From: Myxococcales bacterium
GTDB taxonomy: Bacteria; Myxococcota_A; UBA9042; JABWCM01; BTVJ01
Assembly (NCBI GenBank): GCA_045863395.1
Contig: BTVJ01000010.1
Coordinates: 64,001-128,000, forward strand
DNA length: 64,000 nucleotides
Direction: 5' to 3'
A program made the position numbers and the translations under genes. The number at the start of each line of letters is the position of its first letter. The first letter of the stretch is position 1. The notes under the pieces are model-generated. The model had not been told where the DNA came from and made no database searches. It worked only from the letters and a program-made list of their open reading frames with translations. Below, one piece after another: positions 53,626-63,400 of this stretch.

Positions 53626-56034
53626 TCACGGCAGGCCGTCCCGGTCCCAGCCCGTGCCACCGGGCATGTCGAGCGACAGCGCCAGCGGCGCCCCTCCATA
53701 GAGATAACGATAGGCGCCGAAGCTGGCGATGACGCGCTTCACGTAGTCGCGGGTCTGCTGGTACGGGATGCGCTCCACGAACTCGTCGAGCGGCAGGGTC
53801 CCCCGCTCCTTGAGCCACTTGCGCACGGCGCCGCTGCCGGCGTTGTAGCCCGCCGCGACCAGGGCGGGCGCCTCGTAGCGCTCCTGGAGGCGCCCCAGGT
53901 AGCGGGTGCCGAGCCGCACGTTGAGCTCCGGCGCCCGCAGGGTCTCGCTGCTGATCGTGTCCTTCTCGCCCTTGTCCAGCAGGTCCCGGGCCGTGCCGTG
54001 CATGAGCTGCATCAACCCGACCGCGTTCGCCCAGCTCTCGATGGTCGGCTCGAAGCCGCTCTCCTCCCGCATGATGGACCAGGCGAGGGCCGGATCGACG
54101 CCGGCCGCCTGAGACGCCTTGGTCACCAGGTCGGTGAACGGGCGCGGGTACGCCAGCGCCCAGGCCAGGGCGTGCCCGTCCTTCGGGTAGCTGCGCTGGA
54201 AGGACGGGTGCTTGCGCCGAGGGATGTTGTGCGACAGCGGGTAGGCGCCCGCCCGATCGTAGAGCCACGCGGCCAGCCAGTCCCGCCCGGCTCCGGCCCC
54301 CGGCAGCCGATCCAGCTCGCGCCGGGCCTCGGTGGGCAACCCCATGCGCAGGAGCTCCACGCCGCGCTTGAAGGCGGTGGAGCCGAGCACCTCCGGCGGC
54401 GCCTCGATGAGCGCTCCCGGGGGTGCCGTGTCTTTGGCCACCATGTCAGTGAAGGCGCGCTCCGCGGCCTCGGCGCCGAGCACGTCGCTCAGTCGCCCGA
54501 GCGACAGGTGGGCGTACCACCCGAGAGGGTATGTAGACAGCACGGCCTTCCATGCGGCGACGGCCTCGTCCTTCCGGCCGAGCCTGGCCAGCGCGCGCCC
54601 TTTCCAGTAAAGAGTGCGCCCCTCGCTGTAGTACTCGGTCTCGCGCTCGATGGCAGCCAGGGCGTCATCCGCCGCCGCCACGGTCGCCTTCATGTCGCCC
54701 GACGACCACGCGTCCCACAGGAGCTGCCACCACACCTCGTCGCGCTTGTCGCCGCTGGCGTACTCGCCCGCCGCACGCAGGAGGGCCTTGCGCCGCTTGT
54801 CCTTCTCGCCCTTCTGGCCATGGATGTAGGCCTCGTAGAGCAGCGCGTCGTCATTCGTCGAGTGCTCCGGGAACTCGCGGTGGATGCGCCCGAAGTACTT
54901 GAGCGCCCGCGCGTAGTCGCCTGTCTGCACGCTGCTCTTCCCCGCGAAGTAGAGGTGCAGGGGGAAGCGCTCGTCCAGGGCGGCGCACTCGCCGACGTAG
55001 GCGTCCCAGTGCGGCTGGGAGCGGTCCCGCTTGCGCAGCTTGTCCCAGCTCCGCGCCGTGAGCTGGAGCGCCTCGCAGCGCTGCGCTGTGCCCTTCTTCA
55101 GCGCCTTCGCCAGCGGGGTCATGGACGCGATGACGTCGTCGCTCTTGTGCTGGTCGAAGAGCTTGTCTGCCCGCAGGAGCACCTCGTCGCGGGTCAGGTC
55201 CACGAGCCCAGCGCGCTCCTTCTTGGGGAAGGTGGCCGCCAGGGCGTCGAGCTGCTTCTTGGCGGCCCGCGACTCGGCGGTCATGGGCCAGCGCGCCAGG
55301 ACCTGTCGCCACGCGGCCGCCGCGTCCTTCTTGCGGCCGAGCTGGAGCAGCGCCTCCCCGAGCAGCCGCTGGGACTGGCCGGTCCGCGCGTGCTTGCGCT
55401 GGTGCTCCTCCAACTGCTTGCGCGCCTCGTCCGGACGCCCGAGCGCGAGCAGGGCGCGCCCGGCCACCAGCGACGCCCGCACGGTCTGCGCGGCGCGCGC
55501 CGCCTCCAGCGCCCCCTTGGCGTCGCCCGCCGCCAGCAGGGCCGCCGCGCGCCGGGACCGGTGATCGTCGGCGAGGATCGGGTGCAGCTTGATCAGCAGC
55601 TCGAAGCGCCGCGCAGCCTCCCCATGGCGCCCCGCCGCGTCCAGGGCGCGGGCGGCCATCACCGCAGCGCGCGTCGCCACCGGGGACGCGGCGCCCTGGT
55701 GGACGAGCGCGTCGAAGGCCCGCCACGCCTGGTCCCATCGGCCCGCGTCGTAGTGCGCGAGGGCCTCCGCCGCCTTGCCCTCGCCGAACCAGGGGGTCAG
55801 GTCCACGTCCTTGAGGGCGGCGGGCACGGACTGGCGGGCCCTCGTCGCTGGCGCCTCCGCCTGGTCGGCCACGGGGGGGACGAGGGTCGCGGCCGGCGCG
55901 GCGGCCTCCTGAGCGGCCTCCGGAGCGGTCGCGGGAGCCGGAGTCGCTACCGGGCGGGCCTCGTCGCCAGCCCCGTTGGGCTCACCGCCGCACCCCAAGA
56001 CCAGGGCCAGAGCCAGCATCGCTCCACGCATCAT
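53626..56034 (-). CDS. slt: Soluble lytic transglycosylase (SLT domain) with TPR-like region, lipoprotein
   Basis: IMREESGF, AVGLMQLM, NVRLGTRYL, AGYNAG, IPYQQTRDYVKRV; lipobox VLGC. Confidence 0.9.
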   Translation of the reverse strand: MMRGAMLALALVLGCGGEPNGAGDEARPVATPAPATAPEAAQEAAAPAATLVPPVADQAEAPATRARQSVPAALKDVDLTPWFGEGKAAEALAHYDAGRWDQAWRAFDALVHQGAASPVATRAAVMAARALDAAGRHGEAARRFELLIKLHPILADDHRSRRAAALLAAGDAKGALEAARAAQTVRASLVAGRALLALGRPDEARKQLEEHQRKHARTGQSQRLLGEALLQLGRKKDAAAAWRQVLARWPMTAESRAAKKQLDALAATFPKKERAGLVDLTRDEVLLRADKLFDQHKSDDVIASMTPLAKALKKGTAQRCEALQLTARSWDKLRKRDRSQPHWDAYVGECAALDERFPLHLYFAGKSSVQTGDYARALKYFGRIHREFPEHSTNDDALLYEAYIHGQKGEKDKRRKALLRAAGEYASGDKRDEVWWQLLWDAWSSGDMKATVAAADDALAAIERETEYYSEGRTLYWKGRALARLGRKDEAVAAWKAVLSTYPLGWYAHLSLGRLSDVLGAEAAERAFTDMVAKDTAPPGALIEAPPEVLGSTAFKRGVELLRMGLPTEARRELDRLPGAGAGRDWLAAWLYDRAGAYPLSHNIPRRKHPSFQRSYPKDGHALAWALAYPRPFTDLVTKASQAAGVDPALAWSIMREESGFEPTIESWANAVGLMQLMHGTARDLLDKGEKDTISSETLRAPELNVRLGTRYLGRLQERYEAPALVAAGYNAGSGAVRKWLKERGTLPLDEFVERIPYQQTRDYVKRVIASFGAYRYLYGGAPLALSLDMPGGTGWDRDGLP

Positions 56035-56141
56035 GCACCGCACCGTCGGCTCCTCCCGGGCTGGGGAAGGGGCCAGTCTAACCGGCGCAGCGAAGGCACG
56101 CCACCTTGCGCCGTGGAGGCGACAGGGTCCGGGCTCGCAGG

Positions 56142-57986
56142 TCAGTGCAGGTCCACGCGGCCAGTCTCCAGGTCGACCAGGAGCTTGCGCGACGCCCCCG
56201 CACCGAGGACGACCGGGACGGTCTTCGAGGCGCCGAGTGCGTCGTTCGCCACGCGGACGGAGCGGCGACCGGCCTTGACCCGCTGGTTGGTGACGAGCCC
56301 GTCGCCGACCCTGCGCCCGTCGATCCACACGCGGCCAGTGGGGCGCACCGCCACGGAGAGGGTCGCCATCTCCTGCGGGCGGGCCTCGTCTGTGCGGGGC
56401 AGTACGGGGAGGGCAGGCGCATCGACCTCGACCTCCGGGGCCCGTGGGGCGATCGCCTCCTCCAATGGCAGGCGGACGCGCGCCTGCGCCCCGTCGTCGG
56501 AGCCCCGGTGCGCCGGCGGTCTGGCGGCGCGGAGCGGTGGCCCCTCCGGAGCCCCGAGGCGCTCCGGTGCCCCCGGCAGCGGGCCCGGTCCGTGATCGGC
56601 GGGAGCGAGCTTCTCGGCGGCCGGCTCCTCCTCCTCGACCGCCTCGACCGCCTCCGCCGCTGGGGCCACCTCGACTGCCGCGACTTCCTCGGGCGCCGTG
56701 CCGTGCCCGACGGGCGTCGCCCCCACTGCGCCCCTCTCGGCGTCGCCCTGCCTCTCCCGGGGCATGACCACCCAGCCGGCGACGGCCAGGGCGCAGGCCA
56801 GCCCTCCGGCGACCGCCCACAGCCATCGCCGGCGAGGGGCGCCCCCCGCCGCGACGACGGCCACCCCGCCGGGCACCGTCGCCTGGTCCGGCAGCCGGGC
56901 AGGTGCCCGCTCCGGCGGCTCCACCGCAGGCCACCCGTCACCGGCGCGCCCCCGCCCGCCCCGCTCCAGGCGCACGGGCGTGTGCCGCCTCGCGACCGCC
57001 TCCAGGGTCAAGCGGTCCACGGACGGCCGCGTCGGGGCGTCGGGCGCGGTGTCGTCGACGAGCAGGCCCGGCAGCGACGGCGGCAGCGCAGGGAGGTCTC
57101 CCTCGACGAGCGGCGAGCAGGCGCCCTCCAACGCCGTGACGAACGCCCCGCACGAGGGGAAGCGCCGCTCCGGCGCCTTGGCCAGGACGCGCCGCAGCAC
57201 GTCCTCCAGCGCGGGCGGCACCGGGAGGCCGCACGCCAGCACGAGGGGCGGGGGCGGGTCCCGGAGCTGCGCCGAGAGCACCTCCACCCGGGTCGCGGCG
57301 CGAAACGGCCGGTGCCCCGCGAGCAGCTCCCAGGCGACCAGCCCGAGCGCATATTGATCGGTGCGGGCGTCGAGGGGTTGGCCCCGGATCTGCTCCGGCG
57401 CCATGTACTCGGGCGTCCCGATGACCGCCTTTGGCTCCGTCAGGTTCGTGGTGAGGCCGTCGTCGACCCGCTGCACCGTCTCCAGGAACTTGAGGACGCC
57501 GAAGTCGATGAGCTTGACGTGGTCGGGGTCCCCGGCGTACCGGAGCGTCATGATGTTGGACGGCTTCAGGTCGCGGTGCAGCACCCCGCTCTCGTGTGAG
57601 AAGTCGAGGGCCGCCGCGATCTGCCGCAGCAGGTGGACCGCCCGGCCCGGCGCGACGACCCCCTCCCGCAGGACCCTGGCCAGGGAGCGCCCGTCGAGCA
57701 GCTCCATGGCCAGGTACATGCGGCCGTCCTCCTCCTCGCCCAGGTCGTGGTGCACGACGATGCCGGGGTGCCGCAGCGCGGTCACCACGCGCGCCTCCCG
57801 GAGGAAGCGCTTGCGGATCTTGGGGTTGTCGGACAGGTCGGGCTTGAGTACCTTCAGGGCCACGGGGCAGCGCAAGCCCAGGTGGCGGGCGACGTACACG
57901 GTCGCAAAGCCGCCTGACGCCAGGACGGTCTCGATCTCGTACCGTCCGGCGAGCACGCTCCCCATCTCCAGCACTGGATGCGACAT
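56142..57986 (-). CDS. Hanks-type Ser/Thr protein kinase with transmembrane segment and C-terminal PEGA-like domain
   Basis: SGGFATVY, VALKVL, HRDLKPSN, DFG, GTPEYMAPE; transmembrane segment WLWAVAGGLACALAVAGWVV. Confidence 0.93.
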   Translation of the reverse strand: MSHPVLEMGSVLAGRYEIETVLASGGFATVYVARHLGLRCPVALKVLKPDLSDNPKIRKRFLREARVVTALRHPGIVVHHDLGEEEDGRMYLAMELLDGRSLARVLREGVVAPGRAVHLLRQIAAALDFSHESGVLHRDLKPSNIMTLRYAGDPDHVKLIDFGVLKFLETVQRVDDGLTTNLTEPKAVIGTPEYMAPEQIRGQPLDARTDQYALGLVAWELLAGHRPFRAATRVEVLSAQLRDPPPPLVLACGLPVPPALEDVLRRVLAKAPERRFPSCGAFVTALEGACSPLVEGDLPALPPSLPGLLVDDTAPDAPTRPSVDRLTLEAVARRHTPVRLERGGRGRAGDGWPAVEPPERAPARLPDQATVPGGVAVVAAGGAPRRRWLWAVAGGLACALAVAGWVVMPRERQGDAERGAVGATPVGHGTAPEEVAAVEVAPAAEAVEAVEEEEPAAEKLAPADHGPGPLPGAPERLGAPEGPPLRAARPPAHRGSDDGAQARVRLPLEEAIAPRAPEVEVDAPALPVLPRTDEARPQEMATLSVAVRPTGRVWIDGRRVGDGLVTNQRVKAGRRSVRVANDALGASKTVPVVLGAGASRKLLVDLETGRVDLH

Positions 57987-58195
57987 GGCCTCCCTCGCGA
58001 TGCAGCGCCATCGGCCAAACGGGGCCCGAGCATGAGGCTCACCAATCTTTGCCTCACCATGGTGGCAGAACGGACCCGCGCAGGGGAACGGAAAAAAATG
58101 GTGGCCCGGTCACCGGTCGCCGTGCATCCTGGTGCGCCGTCGAGGCGGGTCGGGGGTCCCGCGGAGCGCTGCGAGGGAGCCACGTGGAAGAGACG

Positions 58196-60466
58196 ATGAA
58201 GGGGAGCCAACCGGGCGCGGCGCGGCCGCTGGTCCTCAGGCCGGGAGCGCGCGTCGAGGCGGCACACAGGCAGGCGATCACCACCGCGGGCGTCGGCCCC
58301 GAGAAGCGCGTCCCGAGCGTCGGCGTGCTGGAGGTGTGGGCGTCGTGGGCGCGCCTCAACCCAGACGGCTCCCTGACGGGGTCGCTGCGGGTGCGCCGCG
58401 TCGAGCAGGACGAGGCAGGGCGACTGGACGAGCTGTCCAGGGTCATCGACTCCGGGGACGGCCGCGGCCAGCCCAGCGCCGACGACCGGGCGCGCCTGGA
58501 GGCCATCGCGTCCCGCGTGAACGCCGATCTCCTGCGTGCCGCGGAGGAGCTCTCCGAGCAGCCCCCGCGAGGGCGCGCAGCGCTCGTGCGGCGCTGCCTC
58601 TCCGCCATGGACGGCGCCCCGGGCTCGTGCACGGAGGAGGGCATCGCGGCCCTGGTGAACCGCGTCAAGAACGACGACCTGCGCATCACGGAGCGCACGC
58701 GCCACGCCGTCCTCTGGCTGCTCCTGCGGGACCGCAACGGCGGGGTCGCCGCCAGCGACACGAGCGGCGACGTCGTCGACTGGGTCCTGCGCCACGAGGA
58801 GGCCCGCGGCGGCCTGACGGGCGTCATCGCGGCCTGCGACGAGCTCTACCGGGAGGTGACCGGGCACCGCCCGTCGTCGACGCTCAGCAGCCGCGTCGAC
58901 CGGGCCGGCGCCATGCGGTACATGGTGGAGGCGACCCGGGTCCCCACGGCGCCTCGCCCAGCGGCGCGCACCATGGCTGCGCAGGCTCCTCAGGCAGTCC
59001 CAGGGGAGGAGCTCCAGTCGCTCCGCGACCAGCTCAAGACCCTGGAGACGCGCCTCGAGGCCGCCGAGCGCGGGCGCCAGGACGCCCTGGACACCACCCG
59101 CCAGCTCAGCGACGAGGTGGCGCGGCTGACCGTGGCGCTGGAGGAGGCGCGGCGCGAGGGCGCCCACCTTCGGCACGAGCCCCCGCGACGGGTCGAGACG
59201 CGAGCGCAGGTGGAGCAGCAGGAGCCCCCGATGAGCGCCCTGGAGCCCGCGGAGCGACCGCGCTCCGAGCCCCAGCCGCCCGCAGGAGCTCCGGTCCTCG
59301 CCGAGCCAGCGCTTGCGGAGCCGGACCCTCAGCCAGAGGCGCCCCTCGACGACGGGTTCTTCGACCGGGAGGTCCTGGAGGCGCTGCCGCTGGAGGACCC
59401 GCCGGCGGCCCTCCCCCGCCCGGCACCCGAGCCCCCCCGTCCCGGTCCACGCTTCGCAACCGCCTCCCGGCCGTCGCCGCAGTCCTTCCTGGACGAGCAC
59501 ATCGGGGGCGACGGCCGCACCCGCGCCATCGTGGTGGGCATCGCCATCATCCTGCTGGTCGCAGCGGCTTGGGTCTTCGTCCAGCGAGCGGCCAGCACGG
59601 ACGGGGCGCCCCCCTCGCCCCCGGCGGCCGGCACCTCGGAGCCCGAGGAGCGCCCCGCGGCGGTCCGCAAGTCCCCCCTTGGCGCCCAAGAGCCCGAGGC
59701 CCCCACCGCCCCCATCGAGGACGTGGACGTCGTGGAGGAGGCGCCGGAGAACCCGACGGGCTCGGCCGAGGCCCCGATCGACGAGCCGACGGGCCCCGCT
59801 CCCGCCATCGACGCGCCCCTCTTCAAGCCGTCGCTCATGCTGACGACCCGCTCCAAGGCCTTCGTGCAGGGGGTCAAGATGGCGCAGCAGGTCGAGGACC
59901 TCCCGGGCTCCGACTTCGTGCTGCGGGAGTGTGTCATCGCTCCCTCGGCCGCCTCGGAGGAGCCGACCTACAGAGGCTACAGCCCGGTCAAGCTGCTCTG
60001 CGACGGCAAGCTCCGCACCTTCTGCCGCTCCCTGGGCTGCTCCGACGAGGCCATCGTCTGCCACACCCGCGCCTCGGCGCTCAAGCCTTGCAGCGCCACG
60101 GTGCCCGTGGACCCGTGGGAGGGCGTCGCCCCCGACGAGGTCACAGGCAAGCCTCCCGCGGACTTTGCGCCCTCCTTCATGATTCGCACAGGCAGCAAGG
60201 TGTATGCTGCGGGCACTGGCGACGCTGTCCCTCTGGAGACGCTCCCAGGTGTCCTCGAGGTCGAGGGACGCTGCGTGTTCGCCGCGTCCACCAAGGAGCG
60301 GACGCGACGGCGCGCCGTGCCCGGCTTCGAGCACCTGGCCATCCACTGCGCCGGGCCCCGGTCGGCCTTGTGCAAGGCGCTCGCGTGCGGGGCGCCGGGC
60401 CAGCTCTGCCACCTGGTCGCAAGCGGGGTGAAGCCCTGCAAGCTCGAAGACACGCCCCAGCCGTAG
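58196..60466 (+). CDS. Hypothetical single-pass membrane protein with coiled coil and duplicated extracytoplasmic 6-Cys domain
   Basis: Coiled coil LQSLRDQLKTLETRLEAAE; transmembrane segment AIVVGIAIILLVAAAWVFV; two homologous C-terminal domains. Start codon uncertain. Confidence 0.78.
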   Translation: MKGSQPGAARPLVLRPGARVEAAHRQAITTAGVGPEKRVPSVGVLEVWASWARLNPDGSLTGSLRVRRVEQDEAGRLDELSRVIDSGDGRGQPSADDRARLEAIASRVNADLLRAAEELSEQPPRGRAALVRRCLSAMDGAPGSCTEEGIAALVNRVKNDDLRITERTRHAVLWLLLRDRNGGVAASDTSGDVVDWVLRHEEARGGLTGVIAACDELYREVTGHRPSSTLSSRVDRAGAMRYMVEATRVPTAPRPAARTMAAQAPQAVPGEELQSLRDQLKTLETRLEAAERGRQDALDTTRQLSDEVARLTVALEEARREGAHLRHEPPRRVETRAQVEQQEPPMSALEPAERPRSEPQPPAGAPVLAEPALAEPDPQPEAPLDDGFFDREVLEALPLEDPPAALPRPAPEPPRPGPRFATASRPSPQSFLDEHIGGDGRTRAIVVGIAIILLVAAAWVFVQRAASTDGAPPSPPAAGTSEPEERPAAVRKSPLGAQEPEAPTAPIEDVDVVEEAPENPTGSAEAPIDEPTGPAPAIDAPLFKPSLMLTTRSKAFVQGVKMAQQVEDLPGSDFVLRECVIAPSAASEEPTYRGYSPVKLLCDGKLRTFCRSLGCSDEAIVCHTRASALKPCSATVPVDPWEGVAPDEVTGKPPADFAPSFMIRTGSKVYAAGTGDAVPLETLPGVLEVEGRCVFAASTKERTRRRAVPGFEHLAIHCAGPRSALCKALACGAPGQLCHLVASGVKPCKLEDTPQP

Positions 60467-60483
60467 GCGGGGCAGGAGGTCCG

Positions 60484-63400
60484 ATGTCGCGCTCGCTGAC
60501 CCTGGCCATCACCCTGCTCCTCGTCGCGTGCGCCACCGATGAACCCAAGGGCCTGAGCGACTTCAAGCCGCCCAAGGGCGACACGGCGGAGGACGAGGAC
60601 GCGGCGGGCGACGCGACCGCGCCCGAGCCGGACGTCGCCGACGATGCGGGCGGGCTGCCGGACATCGCGCCAGACACGCCCGAAGAGGCCGACGTCCCGC
60701 AGGAGCCCTGCGTCACGGACGAGGACTGCCCCCTCCCCCTCGACCTGTGCGCCCCCCGCGCCGCGTGCTTCGACGGCGCCTGCGTCCCCGGGAGCCTGCC
60801 TGCGGTGGTGTGCGACCCGTCGGGCGACACGGCGTGCCGGGTCGCCACCTGCATGCCGGCCACCGGGGAGTGCGCCCTGGTCGCCACCGGATCGGGCGAG
60901 CCCTGCGACGACGGCGACGTCTGCACCAGCGACGACAAATGCACCCCGGCGGGCGCGTGCGCGGGGACACCGCTCCCATGCACCGACGGCGACCCATGCA
61001 CCGACGACTGGTGCGAGGGCGGCACCTGCACCTCCAAGGTCAAGAGCTGCGAGGACGGGAACCTCTGCACCCTGGACACCTGCGTCGCCGGGCTCTGCAC
61101 CCACGAGCCCACGACCTGCGACGATGGAGACCCCTGCACCACCGACACCTGCAACCCGAACGGCGGCTGCCAGTGGTCGAAGAAGCTCTGCGACGACGGC
61201 GACCCCTGCACCAAGGACGCCTGTGTCGGCGGCGTGTGCAACTTCGCAGAGGTCCCGGGCTGCAAGGTGGAGTGCCTCACCCCCAAGGACTGCGACGACG
61301 GCGACGCGTGCACGGAGGAGCTGTGCACGGTCGAGGGCTGCGGCCACAAGCCCCTGGTGTGCAACGACGGAAACCCCTGCAACGGCACGGAGGGCTGCTC
61401 ACCCGACACCGGCTGCTTCAAGGGCCCCGACATCCCGCAGTGCGCGGACAACGACCCCTGCACCCTGGAGGACTGCGTCGCCTTCAAGGGCTGCGTCACC
61501 GTCCCCGTCGACTGCAACGACGGGCTCCCCTGCACCAAGGACGCGTGCGTGGCCGGCAAGTGCACGAACACGGTGGATCTGTCGGTGTGCGGCAGCGCCA
61601 ACCAGCCCGGCGGGTGCGTCGAGTGGACGTGCCACCCCGTGAGCGGCTGCGTCGCCGAGCCCGTGAGCTGCAACGACGGCGACCCGTGCACCCTGGACGC
61701 CTGCGCCGAGACCGGCTGCACCCACAAGCTTGTGGAAGGCTGCGGCGTGCAGTGCACGTCGCCGCAGGACTGCGACAACGGCGACCCCTGCGACGGCATC
61801 GAGGGGTGCGACGACGGGATCTGCGTGGTGGGTGAGCCGCCGACCTGCGACGACGGCGACCCCTGCACCCTGGACACGTGCCTCGGGACCTGCGTCAACG
61901 TGCCCGCCACGGGGCAGCCCTGCGACGACGGCGAGCCCTGCACCACGGACGAGACGTGCACGCCCGAAGGGTGCGTGGGGCCCTTCACCGACTGCGACGA
62001 CGGCAACCCCTGCACCGCGGACGAGTGCGTCGGCGGCCTCGGCTGCGCCCACGTCCCGACTCCCGGCGACCCGTGCGACGACGGCGACCCGTGCACCGCC
62101 GGGACCTACTGCGCCGGCGCCTCCTGCGAAGGGGGTGGCGGGGCCTGCGACGACGACGACCCGTGCACCACGGACGCCTGCGACGGTGGCACCTGCACCC
62201 ACGCGGCGGCGTCGAACGGCGCCCCCTGCGACGACGGCGACCCCTGCACCCTGAAAGACACCTGCGCCAGCGGTCAGTGCACCCCAGGGCTCGCCTGCGA
62301 CGACGGCGACCTCTGCACCCTCGACGTGTGCGAGGCGGGTGTCGGGTGCTCCTGGATGGAGGACAACTGCGCGGACGGCAACCCCTGCACCCTCGACTTC
62401 TGCGGGGCCCTCGGGTGCGAGCACGTGGCAGTCCCCGGCTGCGGCGGGGCCTGCACCACGGACGACCAGTGCGACGACGAGAACGCCTGCACCGGCGTGG
62501 AGACCTGCGTTGCCGGCGGCTGCGCCATCGGCTCGCTGCTCGACTGCGATGATGGCGACCCATGCACCCTCGACGGGTGCGACGCCACCACGGGGTGCAG
62601 CTCCGAGCCGCGCGATGACGGCACGCCCTGCAGCGACGGGAGCCCCTGCACCGTTGGGGACACGTGCTTCTCCGGGAACTGCGAGGCGACGGCCCTGACC
62701 TGCGAGAGCCCGGACCCGTGCGTGACAGGCTCCTGCAACCCGGTGGAGGGTGGCTGCAGCTACGTCCCCGTCCCTGACGGCACCTGCAACGACGGGAGCG
62801 CCTGCACCATCGACACCTGCAAACCTGGAGCCGGCTGCACCTACACGCCCGTCGAGACGTGCGATGACGGCGACCCCTGCACCGACGACTCCTGCGACCC
62901 GAGCAAGGGCTGCGTCCACGCGCCCCGGGGTCTCGGCGCCCCCTGCGAGGACAGCGACGCCTGCACGAGCAACACGACCTGCGACGCCGCAGGGAAGTGC
63001 ACGGGAGCCAAGAAGACCTGCAACGACCTGAACCCGTGCACGGCTGACTCCTGCGACCCCAAGACCGCCAAGTGCGTGTTCACGGACGTCGGGCCCGCCG
63101 CGTGTGACGACGGGGAGCCGTGCACGGCGGACGCCTGCGACCCGGCCAAGGGGTGCGTCCACCCGCCCGACTCCTGCGACGACGGAGACCCCTGCACGGA
63201 GGACGCCTGCTACGTCGGCCTGGGGTGCGGCCATGCGCCGCTGCCGCCGAACGCCTGCGGCGACTCGAATCCATGCACCAACGACTACTGCGAGCCGGGG
63301 GTCGGGTGCGTCCACCCGCAGGTGAACGAGGGCCTGCCGTGCAACGACGGCAAGGTGTGCACCACCGACGACAAGTGCTCGGGCGTGGTGTGCGTGGGCA

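Noticed and set aside
56093..56110. AGGCACGCCACCTTGCG as a sigma54 promoter
   Set aside because: GG-GC spacing is one base too long, and it faces opposite to the flanking genes.
52114..56595. Long 1493-aa plus-strand ORF and similar long ORFs (1201-4353, 22693-25005, 31779-35585, 57854-60412, 61399-63960)
   Set aside because: Antisense or alternate-frame shadows of well-supported genes, expected at this GC content; no motifs.
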